37,672 nt of DNA from a virus (IMGVR_UViG_3300033076_000668:1-37672), one strand, 5' to 3'; counted from the stretch's first letter, positions 7,472 to 15,720 are shown. Notes: generated from the letters alone by a model not told the origin. A program made the numbers and translations.

Positions 7472-8068
7472 ATGGCAATAGACACCGAGTGGTTCACCCG
7501 AAAACTGCAGGACCGAAAGCTCTCACAGCGCGGCCTGGCCAAGCTGCTCGGGATCGATTCGTCGGCGGTGTCTCTGATGCTTCGTGGCAAGCAGGGCATG
7601 CCCCTGGATGTTGCCGGCCAGATCGCTGTTGTCCTGCGCGTGACCACCGAGCAAGTGCTCGAGGCCGCGGGCGTGCCGGTGGTGCGCGATCAACGCAAGG
7701 TCAAGGTCATCGGCAACATGCACGGCGATGGCAGCGTGGGCCTCGCAGCCGATGGCATCCACGACATGGTCGATGCACCGCCTGGTCTGCCAGGTGATGC
7801 TGTGGCCATCCAGTGCCACACCGATCGCACGCCGCAGGACCTCGTCGACGGCTGGCTGTATTTTCTCTCTGAGAGCCACCGCTCACCAGAGGCTGCAGTC
7901 GGCACGTTTGCCTTGTGCGCGATCAAGAACAACGGCCTGCACATGGCGCACGTCAAGCGAGGCTACCGTGCCGGCACGTTCAACCTGGCCGACAACACAG
8001 GCCGAATCATGCAGAACGTCGAGCTGGCCTGGGCCTCGCCGGTGTTCTGGATCAAGACGACCGCGTAA
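7472..8068 (+). CDS. cI: CI-like repressor (XRE HTH plus degenerate S24-like C-terminal domain)
   Basis: LSQRGLAKLLGIDSSAVSLMLRGKQ forms an HTH, with a beta-rich C-terminal domain. Divergent from cro. Confidence 0.82.
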   Translation: MAIDTEWFTRKLQDRKLSQRGLAKLLGIDSSAVSLMLRGKQGMPLDVAGQIAVVLRVTTEQVLEAAGVPVVRDQRKVKVIGNMHGDGSVGLAADGIHDMVDAPPGLPGDAVAIQCHTDRTPQDLVDGWLYFLSESHRSPEAAVGTFALCAIKNNGLHMAHVKRGYRAGTFNLADNTGRIMQNVELAWASPVFWIKTTA

Positions 8069-8104
8069 TAACCCAGCGGAATAGGAGGGAATTATTTGGA
8101 ATGT

Positions 8105-8140
8105 TTGACTTGTTGTTTTAGGTGTTGCGATAATCTCAAC
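8105..8140 (+). promoter_or_regulatory. PL-like early promoter with overlapping operator
   Basis: TTGACT (8105-8110)-18 bp-GATAAT (8129-8134). Operator GTTGCGATAATCTCAAC at 8124-8140. Confidence 0.7.
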
Positions 8141-8181
8141 ACCGCGGCAGATTTAGCAGCGGATCAACAAAGGAAACACCC

Positions 8182-8496
8182 ATGACAAGACACGCAGACC
8201 TCACCCAATACATGGCCGACGAGCGCGATGACAGCGACGCCAAGCTCGAGTGCTATTTCGAGGAATACACCGGCAGCCTGTGGCATGTGTATGCCGGCGA
8301 AATGGAGATTTACAACCTGCTCTCTGACGCTGTGATCCAAGACCTCGAGCGCGAGTTCAACAAGCACATGCGCAAGGAGGCCCAAGAGCACGCACTCGAC
8401 CTGGCCATCGATCGCTACGAAAGCCGCCAGCTCGACGCGATCATGAACCGCCAGCAATGGCAGCCCGCTTTCGACAGCCTGACGGTGCGCGCATGA
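8182..8496 (+). CDS. Hypothetical acidic early protein
   Basis: 104-aa ORF with AAGGA RBS, first gene after the PL-like promoter. Confidence 0.75.
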   Translation: MTRHADLTQYMADERDDSDAKLECYFEEYTGSLWHVYAGEMEIYNLLSDAVIQDLEREFNKHMRKEAQEHALDLAIDRYESRQLDAIMNRQQWQPAFDSLTVRA

Positions 8497-8576
8497 GCAC
8501 CATCTTCCTCCACCTCACCTATGCAGTCGCCCTGATCACCGTCGTGCTCGACGTTTTCTTTTGGCGCGTCTGCTGA
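8493..8576 (+). CDS. Small membrane peptide (27 aa)
   Basis: MSTIFLHLTYAVALITVVLDVFFWRVC, with ATGA overlap. Confidence 0.5.
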   Translation: MSTIFLHLTYAVALITVVLDVFFWRVC

Positions 8577-8605
8577 GAATTTCCCACCACCACTAGGACT
8601 ATCCC

Positions 8606-9556
8606 ATGACAGACGTCATCGCCTTCCAAACCGAGCAAGAATGGCTCGACCTCCGCGCCAAAGACATCACCTCGACCGACGTCGCGGCGCTTTTTGATCT
8701 TTCCCCCTACAAGACAGCCTTCGAGCTGTTCCACGAAAAGCGCGACGGCGTGAGCGGCAGCTTCAAGCCCAGCGAGCGCATGAAGTGGGGCAACCGCCTC
8801 GAGGCCGCGATCGCCAACGGTGCAGCCGAGGACCACGGCTTCAACGTGCAGCCGCTCAAGGTCTACATGCGCGACCCCGACCTGCGCATCGGCTCGTCGT
8901 TCGACTTTGAGATCCTCCACCCCGAGCACGGCAAGGGCATCATGGAGATCAAGAACGTCGACAGCCTGATCTATCGTCGCGCCTGGAAGGACGACGGAGA
9001 AGGCAACATCGAGGCGCCCGAGCACATCGAGCTGCAGGTCCAGCACCAGATGCTGGTGTCAGGCTACCAATGGTGCGCGATCGTGCCCTTCGTCGGTGGC
9101 AACTCCACCCGCATCGTGTTCCGTCGCGCTGATCCAGAGATCGCTGACGCCATCACCAAGCGCGTGACCGACTTCTGGAAACGCATCGAGGCCAACGACG
9201 CACCGAGCGCCGACTACACACGCGATGCCGACCTGATCAAGCAGCTCTACAGCCAGGTCAACCAGGGCGAGATCTACGACGCCACCAATGATGCGGAGCT
9301 CGCATCGCTGGTGTCGAATTACCAAGCCGCGGCAGCCAGCAAGACGCACTTCGAGCAGATGGCCGAGAAGTTCAAGGTCCAGATCCTCGAGCGCGTGAAC
9401 ACAGCAGAAAAGATCATCGGCGACTTCGGCTCAATCAGCCTGACGCGCACCAAGGACACAGCACCAACTGTGATCACCGCCGACATGGTCGGCAAAACCT
9501 ACGGCGGCCGCGCTGGCTACCGTCAATTCCGTTTCACCCCAGCAAAGAAGGACTAA
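8606..9556 (+). CDS. YqaJ-like (lambda exonuclease family) recombination nuclease
   Basis: EWLDLRAKDITSTDVAAL, SPYKT, WGNRLE, SSFD, MEIKN, QVQHQM. Adjacent to recT. Confidence 0.92.
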   Translation: MTDVIAFQTEQEWLDLRAKDITSTDVAALFDLSPYKTAFELFHEKRDGVSGSFKPSERMKWGNRLEAAIANGAAEDHGFNVQPLKVYMRDPDLRIGSSFDFEILHPEHGKGIMEIKNVDSLIYRRAWKDDGEGNIEAPEHIELQVQHQMLVSGYQWCAIVPFVGGNSTRIVFRRADPEIADAITKRVTDFWKRIEANDAPSADYTRDADLIKQLYSQVNQGEIYDATNDAELASLVSNYQAAAASKTHFEQMAEKFKVQILERVNTAEKIIGDFGSISLTRTKDTAPTVITADMVGKTYGGRAGYRQFRFTPAKKD

Positions 9557-9560
9557 TCCC

Positions 9561-10376
9561 ATGTCAGACACATCACTTGCCATCCCCCCGATCGCTCAGA
9601 TGCGCATCACGCTCACCAAGATGGGCGACGACTTCAAGGCAGCGCTGCCCCCACAGATCCCTGTCGAGAAGTTCATTCGCACCACGCTGACCGCGATCCA
9701 GATGCAGCCTGAGCTGCTCGACACCGATCGTCGCAGCCTGCTCGGCTCGTGCATGAAGGCTGCCCAGGACGGCCTGATCCCAGACGGCCGCGAGGCTGCG
9801 CTTGTGATCTTCCGCACCAAGGAAGGCCCCAAGACGCAATACATGCCCATGGTCGGTGGCATCCTCAAGAAGATGCGCAACAGCGGCGAGCTCGCCACCA
9901 TCAGCGCCAACGTGGTCTACCAGAACGACCAGTTCGACTACGCGCTCGGCGACTACGAGCAGATCACGCACAAGCCATTCTTGGGCTCCGACCGTGGCAA
10001 GCCGATCGCGGTCTATGCGATCGCACGCACCAAGGACGGCGCGGTCTACCGCGAGGTGATGTCGGTCGCTGATGTCGAGAAGGTGCGCCAGTCCAGCCGC
10101 GCCAAGGACAGCGGGCCCTGGACGCAATGGTGGGACGAGATGGCCCGCAAGACGGTGATCCGTCGCATCGCCAAGCGCCTGCCCTCGAGCGCCGATCTCG
10201 ACAGCGTGCTGGCTTCAGACAACGAGGCCTCTGGCTTTGTGCAGCATGGCACGGTCGACATCACGCCACCTGCACCGACCATCGAGAACCCAGGCGAGCC
10301 CAGCCGTCTCAAGGCCGCGATCGTCGACGCTGAGACAGGCGAGGTGCAGCCACAGCCAGAAGGTGGTGCTGCATGA
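9561..10376 (+). CDS. recT: RecT single-strand annealing recombinase
   Basis: SLLGSCMKAAQDGLIPDGREAALV, VVYQNDQF, PWTQWWDEMARKTVIRRIAKRLPSS. Confidence 0.95.
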   Translation: MSDTSLAIPPIAQMRITLTKMGDDFKAALPPQIPVEKFIRTTLTAIQMQPELLDTDRRSLLGSCMKAAQDGLIPDGREAALVIFRTKEGPKTQYMPMVGGILKKMRNSGELATISANVVYQNDQFDYALGDYEQITHKPFLGSDRGKPIAVYAIARTKDGAVYREVMSVADVEKVRQSSRAKDSGPWTQWWDEMARKTVIRRIAKRLPSSADLDSVLASDNEASGFVQHGTVDITPPAPTIENPGEPSRLKAAIVDAETGEVQPQPEGGAA

Positions 10377-10564
10377 ATACGCACAGCATCAACATGCAAA
10401 AGCAGATCCATGAGCAAGCTCTGCAGCTCGTCGAACGAGCTCGCTGGCACGGTGTCGTGCTCACCATCCAGACGGAGCCGCGCCAGCCGCTGGCCATGGG
10501 CAACTACAGCATGGTCGTCGACACACGATTGACCAAAGAAGCACACGCAAGGAGCGCAGCATGA
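10373..10564 (+). CDS. Hypothetical protein (63 aa)
   Basis: Translationally coupled ORF containing GVVLTI...QPLAMGNY. Confidence 0.7.
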   Translation: MNTHSINMQKQIHEQALQLVERARWHGVVLTIQTEPRQPLAMGNYSMVVDTRLTKEAHARSAA

Positions 10565-10953
10565 CCATTCGATACAAGGACCGCTCCTGGCTGATCCTGC
10601 AATGTCTCAAGGACTTCGGGAACCAGCCACGCGAACAGCTCACCAGCGGTGGAACCAACGACGAGGCGCGAAACGCCTTGTCCAACCTGCTGCGCGTCGG
10701 CCTGATCAAGGCCCTGCCTGACAACCAGGTCATGCTGACGCTCGCCGGCTCCCGCAAGCTGCGCAAGATCAACGAAGAAAACTCAGCGCTGCAGGTGGCC
10801 GGCAAACGCCTGGTCGGTGTGGGCACAACCTCCGAGGCCTACGAAGGCAAGGAGCTGCGCCGCACATGCCTGCGCCCTGGCGCTTACGACGCTTTCGAGA
10901 AGCCCAGCCTGATGGGTGGCCAGCGTCACTACCGTCGCGAGATCCGCGCATAA
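10561..10953 (+). CDS. Hypothetical protein with possible N-terminal winged helix
   Basis: 130 aa, AAGGAG RBS, ALSNLLRVGLI...LTLAG pattern, C-terminal RPGAYDAFEKPS. Confidence 0.7.
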   Translation: MTIRYKDRSWLILQCLKDFGNQPREQLTSGGTNDEARNALSNLLRVGLIKALPDNQVMLTLAGSRKLRKINEENSALQVAGKRLVGVGTTSEAYEGKELRRTCLRPGAYDAFEKPSLMGGQRHYRREIRA

Positions 10954-10965
10954 CGAAAGGACTTT

Positions 10966-11283
10966 ATGGAAGAGCTCAAACTACTCATCGAGGCCGTCGC
11001 CGGCTTGCCGACGATCACGCTGTGGGTGCTGGTCGGATACCTGATCTACAAGCTGGCCGTCATTGGCTCGATGTATGGCGTCATTCGCTTTGGCATCTCG
11101 AAGTTTGTGGAATGGAAGACCACGCCTCGTGAATTCAAAGTCGGCACTCAATGTATCAACGAAGATGTCGAACGAGGACTACAAATTCAACTCGCTCGCC
11201 TGGTGTCCTATTCATACATCCACGGCGATGCCGTGGGCACATTGAAACAAGCACTCGATAAAGCTCTGGAGAAAAAAGCATGA
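10966..11283 (+). CDS. Hypothetical membrane protein
   Basis: 105 aa with a hydrophobic N-terminal half and AAGGA RBS. Confidence 0.7.
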   Translation: MEELKLLIEAVAGLPTITLWVLVGYLIYKLAVIGSMYGVIRFGISKFVEWKTTPREFKVGTQCINEDVERGLQIQLARLVSYSYIHGDAVGTLKQALDKALEKKA

Positions 11284-11471
11284 GCGTATTCATCACACCC
11301 ACAGAGCTGGCCAAGCGCTGGAGCGTGGACGTCAAGACGCTGTCGAACTGGCGCGTCAAGGGCAAGGGCCCCGTCTACATGAAGCTCGGCGAAGGCCGAA
11401 ACACCAAGGTGCTTTACCGCGAGGAGGACATCACCGCCTACGAAAACAAACGCATGAAAGGTCAGCAATGA
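11280..11471 (+). CDS. Excisionase-like HTH (AlpA/MerR-type)
   Basis: ITPTELAKRWSVDVKTLSNWRVKGKGPVYMKLG...VLYREEDI. Confidence 0.85.
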   Translation: MSVFITPTELAKRWSVDVKTLSNWRVKGKGPVYMKLGEGRNTKVLYREEDITAYENKRMKGQQ

Positions 11472-11647
11472 AAAAAAGCCACTTCACCACACCACGCACC
11501 ATGGACGATGCCGTCTGGCATCCCTGGGGCGCAGCGATCGAGAAGCCCGCAGAGGAGCCCGCGTTTGGTTTCTGGGACTGCGTGCTGCTGATCGTCACCG
11601 TGATCGTGCTGGCCACCATCGTGTTCAAGTTGGTGGGGGTGCTATGA
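11468..11647 (+). CDS. Small protein with C-terminal TM helix (59 aa)
   Basis: MKKSHFTTPRTMDDAVW...WDCVLLIVTVIVLATIVFKLVGVL, with ATGA overlaps at both ends. Confidence 0.6.
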   Translation: MKKSHFTTPRTMDDAVWHPWGAAIEKPAEEPAFGFWDCVLLIVTVIVLATIVFKLVGVL

Positions 11648-12330
11648 ACCTCACCATCAATTCACGCCTAGTGGCCGCTGTGGCTCAGTTCAGGGCGAAG
11701 CAAGACATTCGCTACTACCTGTGCGGCGTCTACGTTGAACCGATCCCCACCGGTGGCGCTTTGATTGTGGCCACTAATGGCCACGCCCTTGGATTGTGGC
11801 GAGACAAAACCGCCACCGTTGAACGCGCTGCCATCCTGCGCACAGATCCGGAGCTCGTGGCCGCTTGCGCAAACAAGGACGCCAAGATCCTGCAGATCAT
11901 CGATGACCGACTGACGGTCGTCGACAAAAAAGGGTTTGAGCTGTTCGTGCAACCCAAGCGCGAGAAGTGGGAGCTCGAGGGCACTTATCCAAACTGGCGG
12001 CGAGTGATCCCAGAAACTGGCGAGGAGCTCAAGCTGTTCGATGCGCTCAACCCCAACCTGGTCAGCACGGTAGAGCAAGCGCTCAAAATCGGGACCAACG
12101 GCGCCAGGTTTTCTGGCATCACATTCAACCAGCCTGCGGCGAACGGCGCGATCTTGGTGACCAGCAACTCCCAGGCCGCCCAGGACTTTCTGGCCGTGAT
12201 CATGCCTTTGCGCGAATCGGTTTCGACCAAGCCCAAGTGGATCGAGGAGCTCAAGGCCGCGACCACAAATGCGCCTCTACCAGGTCAGCAGCCATCCGAC
12301 GCAAAGCCTGATGCAGAGGTGGCAGCATGA
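11644..12330 (+). CDS. DNA polymerase III beta-clamp-like protein (partial-length)
   Basis: DIRYYLCGVYVE, IVATNGHAL and EGTYPNWRRVIP correspond to the DnaN motifs RYYLNG, VATDGHRL and GxFPDYRRVLP. Confidence 0.75.
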   Translation: MNLTINSRLVAAVAQFRAKQDIRYYLCGVYVEPIPTGGALIVATNGHALGLWRDKTATVERAAILRTDPELVAACANKDAKILQIIDDRLTVVDKKGFELFVQPKREKWELEGTYPNWRRVIPETGEELKLFDALNPNLVSTVEQALKIGTNGARFSGITFNQPAANGAILVTSNSQAAQDFLAVIMPLRESVSTKPKWIEELKAATTNAPLPGQQPSDAKPDAEVAA

Positions 12331-12497
12331 CAGCGATCGGCTTACTTCTCATCACCGCCGCCTACTTCGTCGCCAAGCTCGACGAACACTACAGCGTGCC
12401 GGACGTCATGCAGGCCATTGCTGGTTTGTGCATCCTGGTTGGCTTTCCGCTCACCGCCGCCGGCGTCACCACCTGGCTGTGGAGGGTCATGCCATGA
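12327..12497 (+). CDS. Small two-TM membrane protein (56 aa)
   Basis: MTAIGLLLITAAYFVAKL...AIAGLCILVGFPLTAAGVTTWLW, with GAGGT RBS and ATGA overlaps. Confidence 0.55.
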   Translation: MTAIGLLLITAAYFVAKLDEHYSVPDVMQAIAGLCILVGFPLTAAGVTTWLWRVMP

Positions 12498-12772
12498 CCG
12501 TCGCCACCACCTCCATCGAGAACTACCACGACCACAAGGGCAGCGGCCGCTTGGGCAAGCAGGCCCGCGAGCTGATCGAGTTCATGGCCATCCACACCGA
12601 CCGAGACTGGTCGCGTGCCGAGCTCGCAGAGCAGACCGGCCTGCGCCTCTCGAGCGTGTGCGGCCGCGTCAACGAGCTGATCCACAGCCGGCACGTCGAG
12701 CCCCAGCCGAATCGCCGATGCCAGATCACCGGCAAGACCGTGAGCCCGGTGCGGCTGCGTGGTTTGTTCTGA
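12494..12772 (+). CDS. Winged-helix DNA-binding protein
   Basis: WSRAELAEQTGLRLSSVCGRVNELI...RRCQITGK, with GGAGG RBS. Confidence 0.8.
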   Translation: MTVATTSIENYHDHKGSGRLGKQARELIEFMAIHTDRDWSRAELAEQTGLRLSSVCGRVNELIHSRHVEPQPNRRCQITGKTVSPVRLRGLF

Positions 12773-12774
12773 GC

Positions 12775-12795
12775 TGCGACCCAGGTGCGACCCAG
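12775..12795. repeat. Integrase arm-type site pair (left arm of attP)
   Basis: TGCGACCCAG occurs twice in tandem. An identical 20-mer lies at 13016-13035. Confidence 0.7.
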
Positions 12796-12862
12796 AAACC
12801 AAAACGGGTTGGCGATCACGTTTCTGTGAACAGCCAACCCGTTGGGATCTTTCAGGAATTTA

Positions 12863-12908
12863 TGGTCGGAGTGGCGGGATTCGAACCCACGACCCCTAGT
12901 CCCCCAGA
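12863..12908 (-). mobile_element. attP core: 3' half of tRNA-Pro(GGG)
   Basis: Reverse complement TCTGGGGGACTAGGGGTCGTGGGTTCGAATCCCGCCACTCCGACCA contains the anticodon loop CTGGGGG, the T-arm GGTTCGAATCC and a CCA end. The 5' half is absent. Adjacent to the integrase. Confidence 0.9.
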
Positions 12909-12939
12909 ATGTTGAGACGATCTAATCATCGACCATGTG

Positions 12940-12991
12940 TTGACATCAAACGCTTGGAAGATCATGGTTTTTTCGTTGCGAAAATCACAGC
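12940..12991 (+). promoter_or_regulatory. Putative integrase promoter and operator
   Basis: TTGACA (12940-12945)-17 bp-CATGGT (weak -10). GTTGCGAAAATCACAGC at 12975-12991 matches the 8124 operator at 14/17 positions. Confidence 0.45.
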
Positions 12992-13001
12992 GAGGAACAC
13001 C

Positions 13002-14138
13002 ATGACACAGCAGGATGCGACCCAGGTGCGACCCAAGATCGAGCGCGATCCGAAGGTCACCGGCCTGCACATCAAGCACGGCGCCACCGGCTCTGCCTGG
13101 TTCCTTTACTACCGCACCAAAGATGGCCAGGAGCGTCGGCCCAAGCTCGGCAGCACCACGGTGCTCAACAGGACCCAGGCCCGCGAGCTCGCCCTCGAGA
13201 TGCTGCGCAATGTGGCCCAGGGCAAGGACCCCAAGAAGGAGGCAGCCAAGGCCAAGCAGCACACCATGCAGGACCTGCGCGACGAGTATGACCTGGTCCA
13301 TGGCAACGTCGAGATCAAGGCGTCCACCAAGGCCACCTACGACGTCTATTGGGACAAGCACATCCTGCCCTATTTCGGCGCCAGCACACCGGTGCGCTCG
13401 ATCACCAAGCTCGACCTGGTCGGCCTCAAGCGCAAGCTGGTGAAGTCGCCACCCACCTACAACCGGGTCACCAAGCTGCTGTCGCACGCGATGCTGCTGG
13501 CCGAGGAGTGGGGCTGGCGCGACGAGCAGACCAACCCCTGCTACAACATCAAGCGCTTTCGCGAGAAGAAGCGCACCAGGCTGCCGTCACGCGAGGAGGC
13601 CGAGCGCCTGATCGCTGTCATGAAGCGCTGGGAGAAGAGCCACCCATGGTTTGTGGGTATGCTGCTGCTGCTGTGCCTGACCGGTGCGCGCAAGGGCGAG
13701 ATCCAGAAAAGCAGGCGGGAATGGTGGCAGGGCGACCGGCTCGTGCTGCCTGATTCGAAGACCGGCGCGAAGATCATCCCGCTGAACACGCATGCGCAGG
13801 CCGTGGTGGCCTCAATTCCCGAAGTGAAGGGCAACCCCTACCTGATCGTCGGCAGGCGCTCTGAGGCCTTTCTGGCCAGCCCCAAGGAGCCCTGGAAGCG
13901 TCTGTGCAAGGAGGCCGGCATCGAGGACCTCAACATGCACGACCTGCGGCGCTTCTTTGCCAGCATCTCGATCAGCTCTGGCCAGACCCTCGAGCAGACC
14001 ATGCAACTCATGGGACACACCGAGGCCCAGACCACCAAGGGCTATGCCTTCTTGATGACGCCTGAGAAGCTCGCGGCCATGCAGGCCACCGGCGACCGGG
14101 TCATGGAGCTGGTCCAAAAAAAAGCCCCAGCGGTTTAG
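13002..14138 (+). CDS. int: Tyrosine integrase
   Basis: N-terminal arm-binding domain and catalytic residues R (TGARKGE), K (DSKTG), HxxR (HDLRR), H (MGH), Y (TTKGY). GAGGA RBS before ATG 13002. Confidence 0.96.
   Translation: MTQQDATQVRPKIERDPKVTGLHIKHGATGSAWFLYYRTKDGQERRPKLGSTTVLNRTQARELALEMLRNVAQGKDPKKEAAKAKQHTMQDLRDEYDLVHGNVEIKASTKATYDVYWDKHILPYFGASTPVRSITKLDLVGLKRKLVKSPPTYNRVTKLLSHAMLLAEEWGWRDEQTNPCYNIKRFREKKRTRLPSREEAERLIAVMKRWEKSHPWFVGMLLLLCLTGARKGEIQKSRREWWQGDRLVLPDSKTGAKIIPLNTHAQAVVASIPEVKGNPYLIVGRRSEAFLASPKEPWKRLCKEAGIEDLNMHDLRRFFASISISSGQTLEQTMQLMGHTEAQTTKGYAFLMTPEKLAAMQATGDRVMELVQKKAPAV
13016..13035. repeat. Integrase arm-type site pair (right arm), inside the int 5' end
   Basis: TGCGACCCAGGTGCGACCCA is identical to 12775-12794. 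Confidence 0.7.
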
Positions 14139-14147
14139 GCTGGGGCT
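14116..14147 (-). terminator. Intrinsic terminator of the late/lysis operon
   Basis: Stem AGCCCCAGC/GCTGGGGCT followed by a T-run on the minus strand, at the convergence of endolysin and int. Confidence 0.8.
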
Positions 14148-14192
14148 GAACTGCCCCGGATAGGCAGATCCCATGAGGAGACAACAAAGCAA

Positions 14193-14705
14193 CTAAGCCA
14201 CCATTATATCGGCAGCGCTGCCCACTTCGGCAACGCGGCGCCCCCATCCTTTTCCGAACGTGCCCCAGGTGGGCAACGCTTGCAGGAACGACAGGCGCTT
14301 GGCCTGGTAGGCAGCCACGACCTCGGCTGGGTTTTTTGCAGCCACAGCCTTCAACGTGCCAGGACCGATCGCGCCGTCAGCGGTCACGCCAACAGCCTCC
14401 TGCAGCCACTTGGCAGCGCGGCCAGGGCCCGAGTTGATGGCAGCATCGAACACCACATAGTCGACGCCCGCGGGCAGCTCGTCGCCGTGGATCTTGTCCC
14501 AATAGCGAGCCTTGTAGAGCGGCGCCACGTCGGCCGGTTTCAGGCCGCGCATGGTGGCCTCGTCGACAGCGTGGCCAACCCACTCCTCCCACACCTTCTT
14601 TGTGCAGCCCAGGTTGGTCATGCCACCAGGGTCAGACGGGTGGTTCACGAAGCCACCTTCGTGGTGGAGCACGGCCTCGAGGGCCTTCTCAAAATTCTCT
14701 TTCAT
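14193..14705 (-). CDS. Endolysin, glycoside hydrolase family 108 with PG-binding domain
   Basis: HEGGFVNHPSDPGGMTNLG, YKARYW, FDAAINSG, DGAIGPGTL, FGKGWGRRV. Confidence 0.95.
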   Translation of the reverse strand: MKENFEKALEAVLHHEGGFVNHPSDPGGMTNLGCTKKVWEEWVGHAVDEATMRGLKPADVAPLYKARYWDKIHGDELPAGVDYVVFDAAINSGPGRAAKWLQEAVGVTADGAIGPGTLKAVAAKNPAEVVAAYQAKRLSFLQALPTWGTFGKGWGRRVAEVGSAADIMVA

Positions 14706-15160
14706 TTCGATCCTTTCATCGCTGATGCGATTTTCTCAGCAGTCCGGCCGCCAAAATACGCGCCCATCACGAGCATCCCCCATTGGCCAAGTAGGGTGAC
14801 GTATGCCTCTGCGATCCTGAACCCGAAGCCATCAGCGATGGCCATGCCCAGGTAGGACGTCAGCAGGTAGACCAGGGTCATCGGGCGAATGTTCTTTGAC
14901 AGCCAACTGTCGCTGGCCATGTCGGCTGCCCAGCGATCGCTGACACCCTTCTGCTCGGCCTCGAACTCGCGCACGTCGATCTCGCGCAGCTTGAGCTGCA
15001 GGTCGGGGTTGCCCTGCAATGCCGATGCAATCGCGCCAGCATCAGCCGGCACGCCGATCTTGTTGGCGATCGCGGAAATCGCTGCACCACCCAGCGGGCC
15101 AGCCACCGCGGTGGCCAGCGCCGGCGCGGCGCCTTTCAGTAGATCAAGGAGTTTGTCCAT
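14702..15160 (-). CDS. Holin (3TM, GTA-holin-like)
   Basis: APALATAVAGPLGG...DSWLSKNIRP, TM helices, then YFGGRTAEK. Coupled to the endolysin. Confidence 0.8.
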   Translation of the reverse strand: MDKLLDLLKGAAPALATAVAGPLGGAAISAIANKIGVPADAGAIASALQGNPDLQLKLREIDVREFEAEQKGVSDRWAADMASDSWLSKNIRPMTLVYLLTSYLGMAIADGFGFRIAEAYVTLLGQWGMLVMGAYFGGRTAEKIASAMKGSK

Positions 15161-15434
15161 CGTGCTGGTCCTCTGCCATCTTCTGCGCAGCGTTGACGAT
15201 CGCCTTGCGGCCAGAGATGCCACCCAGCGTGCCCACGCCCATGAACGCGATCGCCTTGAGGATCTCGAGGAACACAGCGTCGATCGGCGCGAGCTCCTTG
15301 TCCTCTGGCACAAACGCCACGCAACCCAACACACCGAACGCAATGATCATGACTGTGATCGTGATCGCCTTCACAACAAAGGCCCAAACGCGAACCTCAA
15401 TCTCCTCTGGGTTCAATCCTTGATAGCTGTCCAT
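15144..15434 (-). CDS. Two-TM membrane protein in the lysis cassette
   Basis: AAGGAG RBS before ATG 15434, and two hydrophobic helices. Confidence 0.7.
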   Translation of the reverse strand: MDSYQGLNPEEIEVRVWAFVVKAITITVMIIAFGVLGCVAFVPEDKELAPIDAVFLEILKAIAFMGVGTLGGISGRKAIVNAAQKMAEDQHDGQTP

Positions 15435-15720
15435 CTTTACTCCTTGCTGTTGAAAAATTTTCAATATCCTTGCGCAGCCGGCGAAGCTCTTTCGCCTCCT
15501 GCCTAATCTCTGCCTTCATCCACAATGTCTCGAGGTAAGCCAGGAACGACGTCACCACAGCGATCGCCACCGACAGGTAGATCACTATTCGAGCCAGAAG
15601 TTTGAGCGTGCGATAGCCTGCATCTTCAGATCCCACATTATCGCCCCCAGCAGAGTGGCCAGCAGCAAGGTTGCGACCACCTCCACCGCCAGCTCGATTT
15701 GTCTGTCCCGCTGTTGCCAT
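15397..15720 (-). CDS. Single-TM protein with coiled coil, overlapping the upstream gene (start uncertain)
   Basis: IVIYLSVAIAVVTSFLAYL TM followed by KAEIRQEAKELRRLRKDIE. It fills an otherwise empty gap. Confidence 0.55.
   Translation of the reverse strand: MATAGQTNRAGGGGGRNLAAGHSAGGDNVGSEDAGYRTLKLLARIVIYLSVAIAVVTSFLAYLETLWMKAEIRQEAKELRRLRKDIENFSTARSKDGQLSRIEPRGD

Noticed and set aside
12863-12908. Functional tRNA-Pro gene
   Set aside because: Only the anticodon loop to CCA is present. The D-arm and 5' acceptor strand are missing, so it is an attP core.
12909-13001. N-terminal extension of the integrase (409-aa call)
   Set aside because: It overlaps attP-proximal promoter and operator sequence. 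ATG 13002 has a GAGGA RBS.
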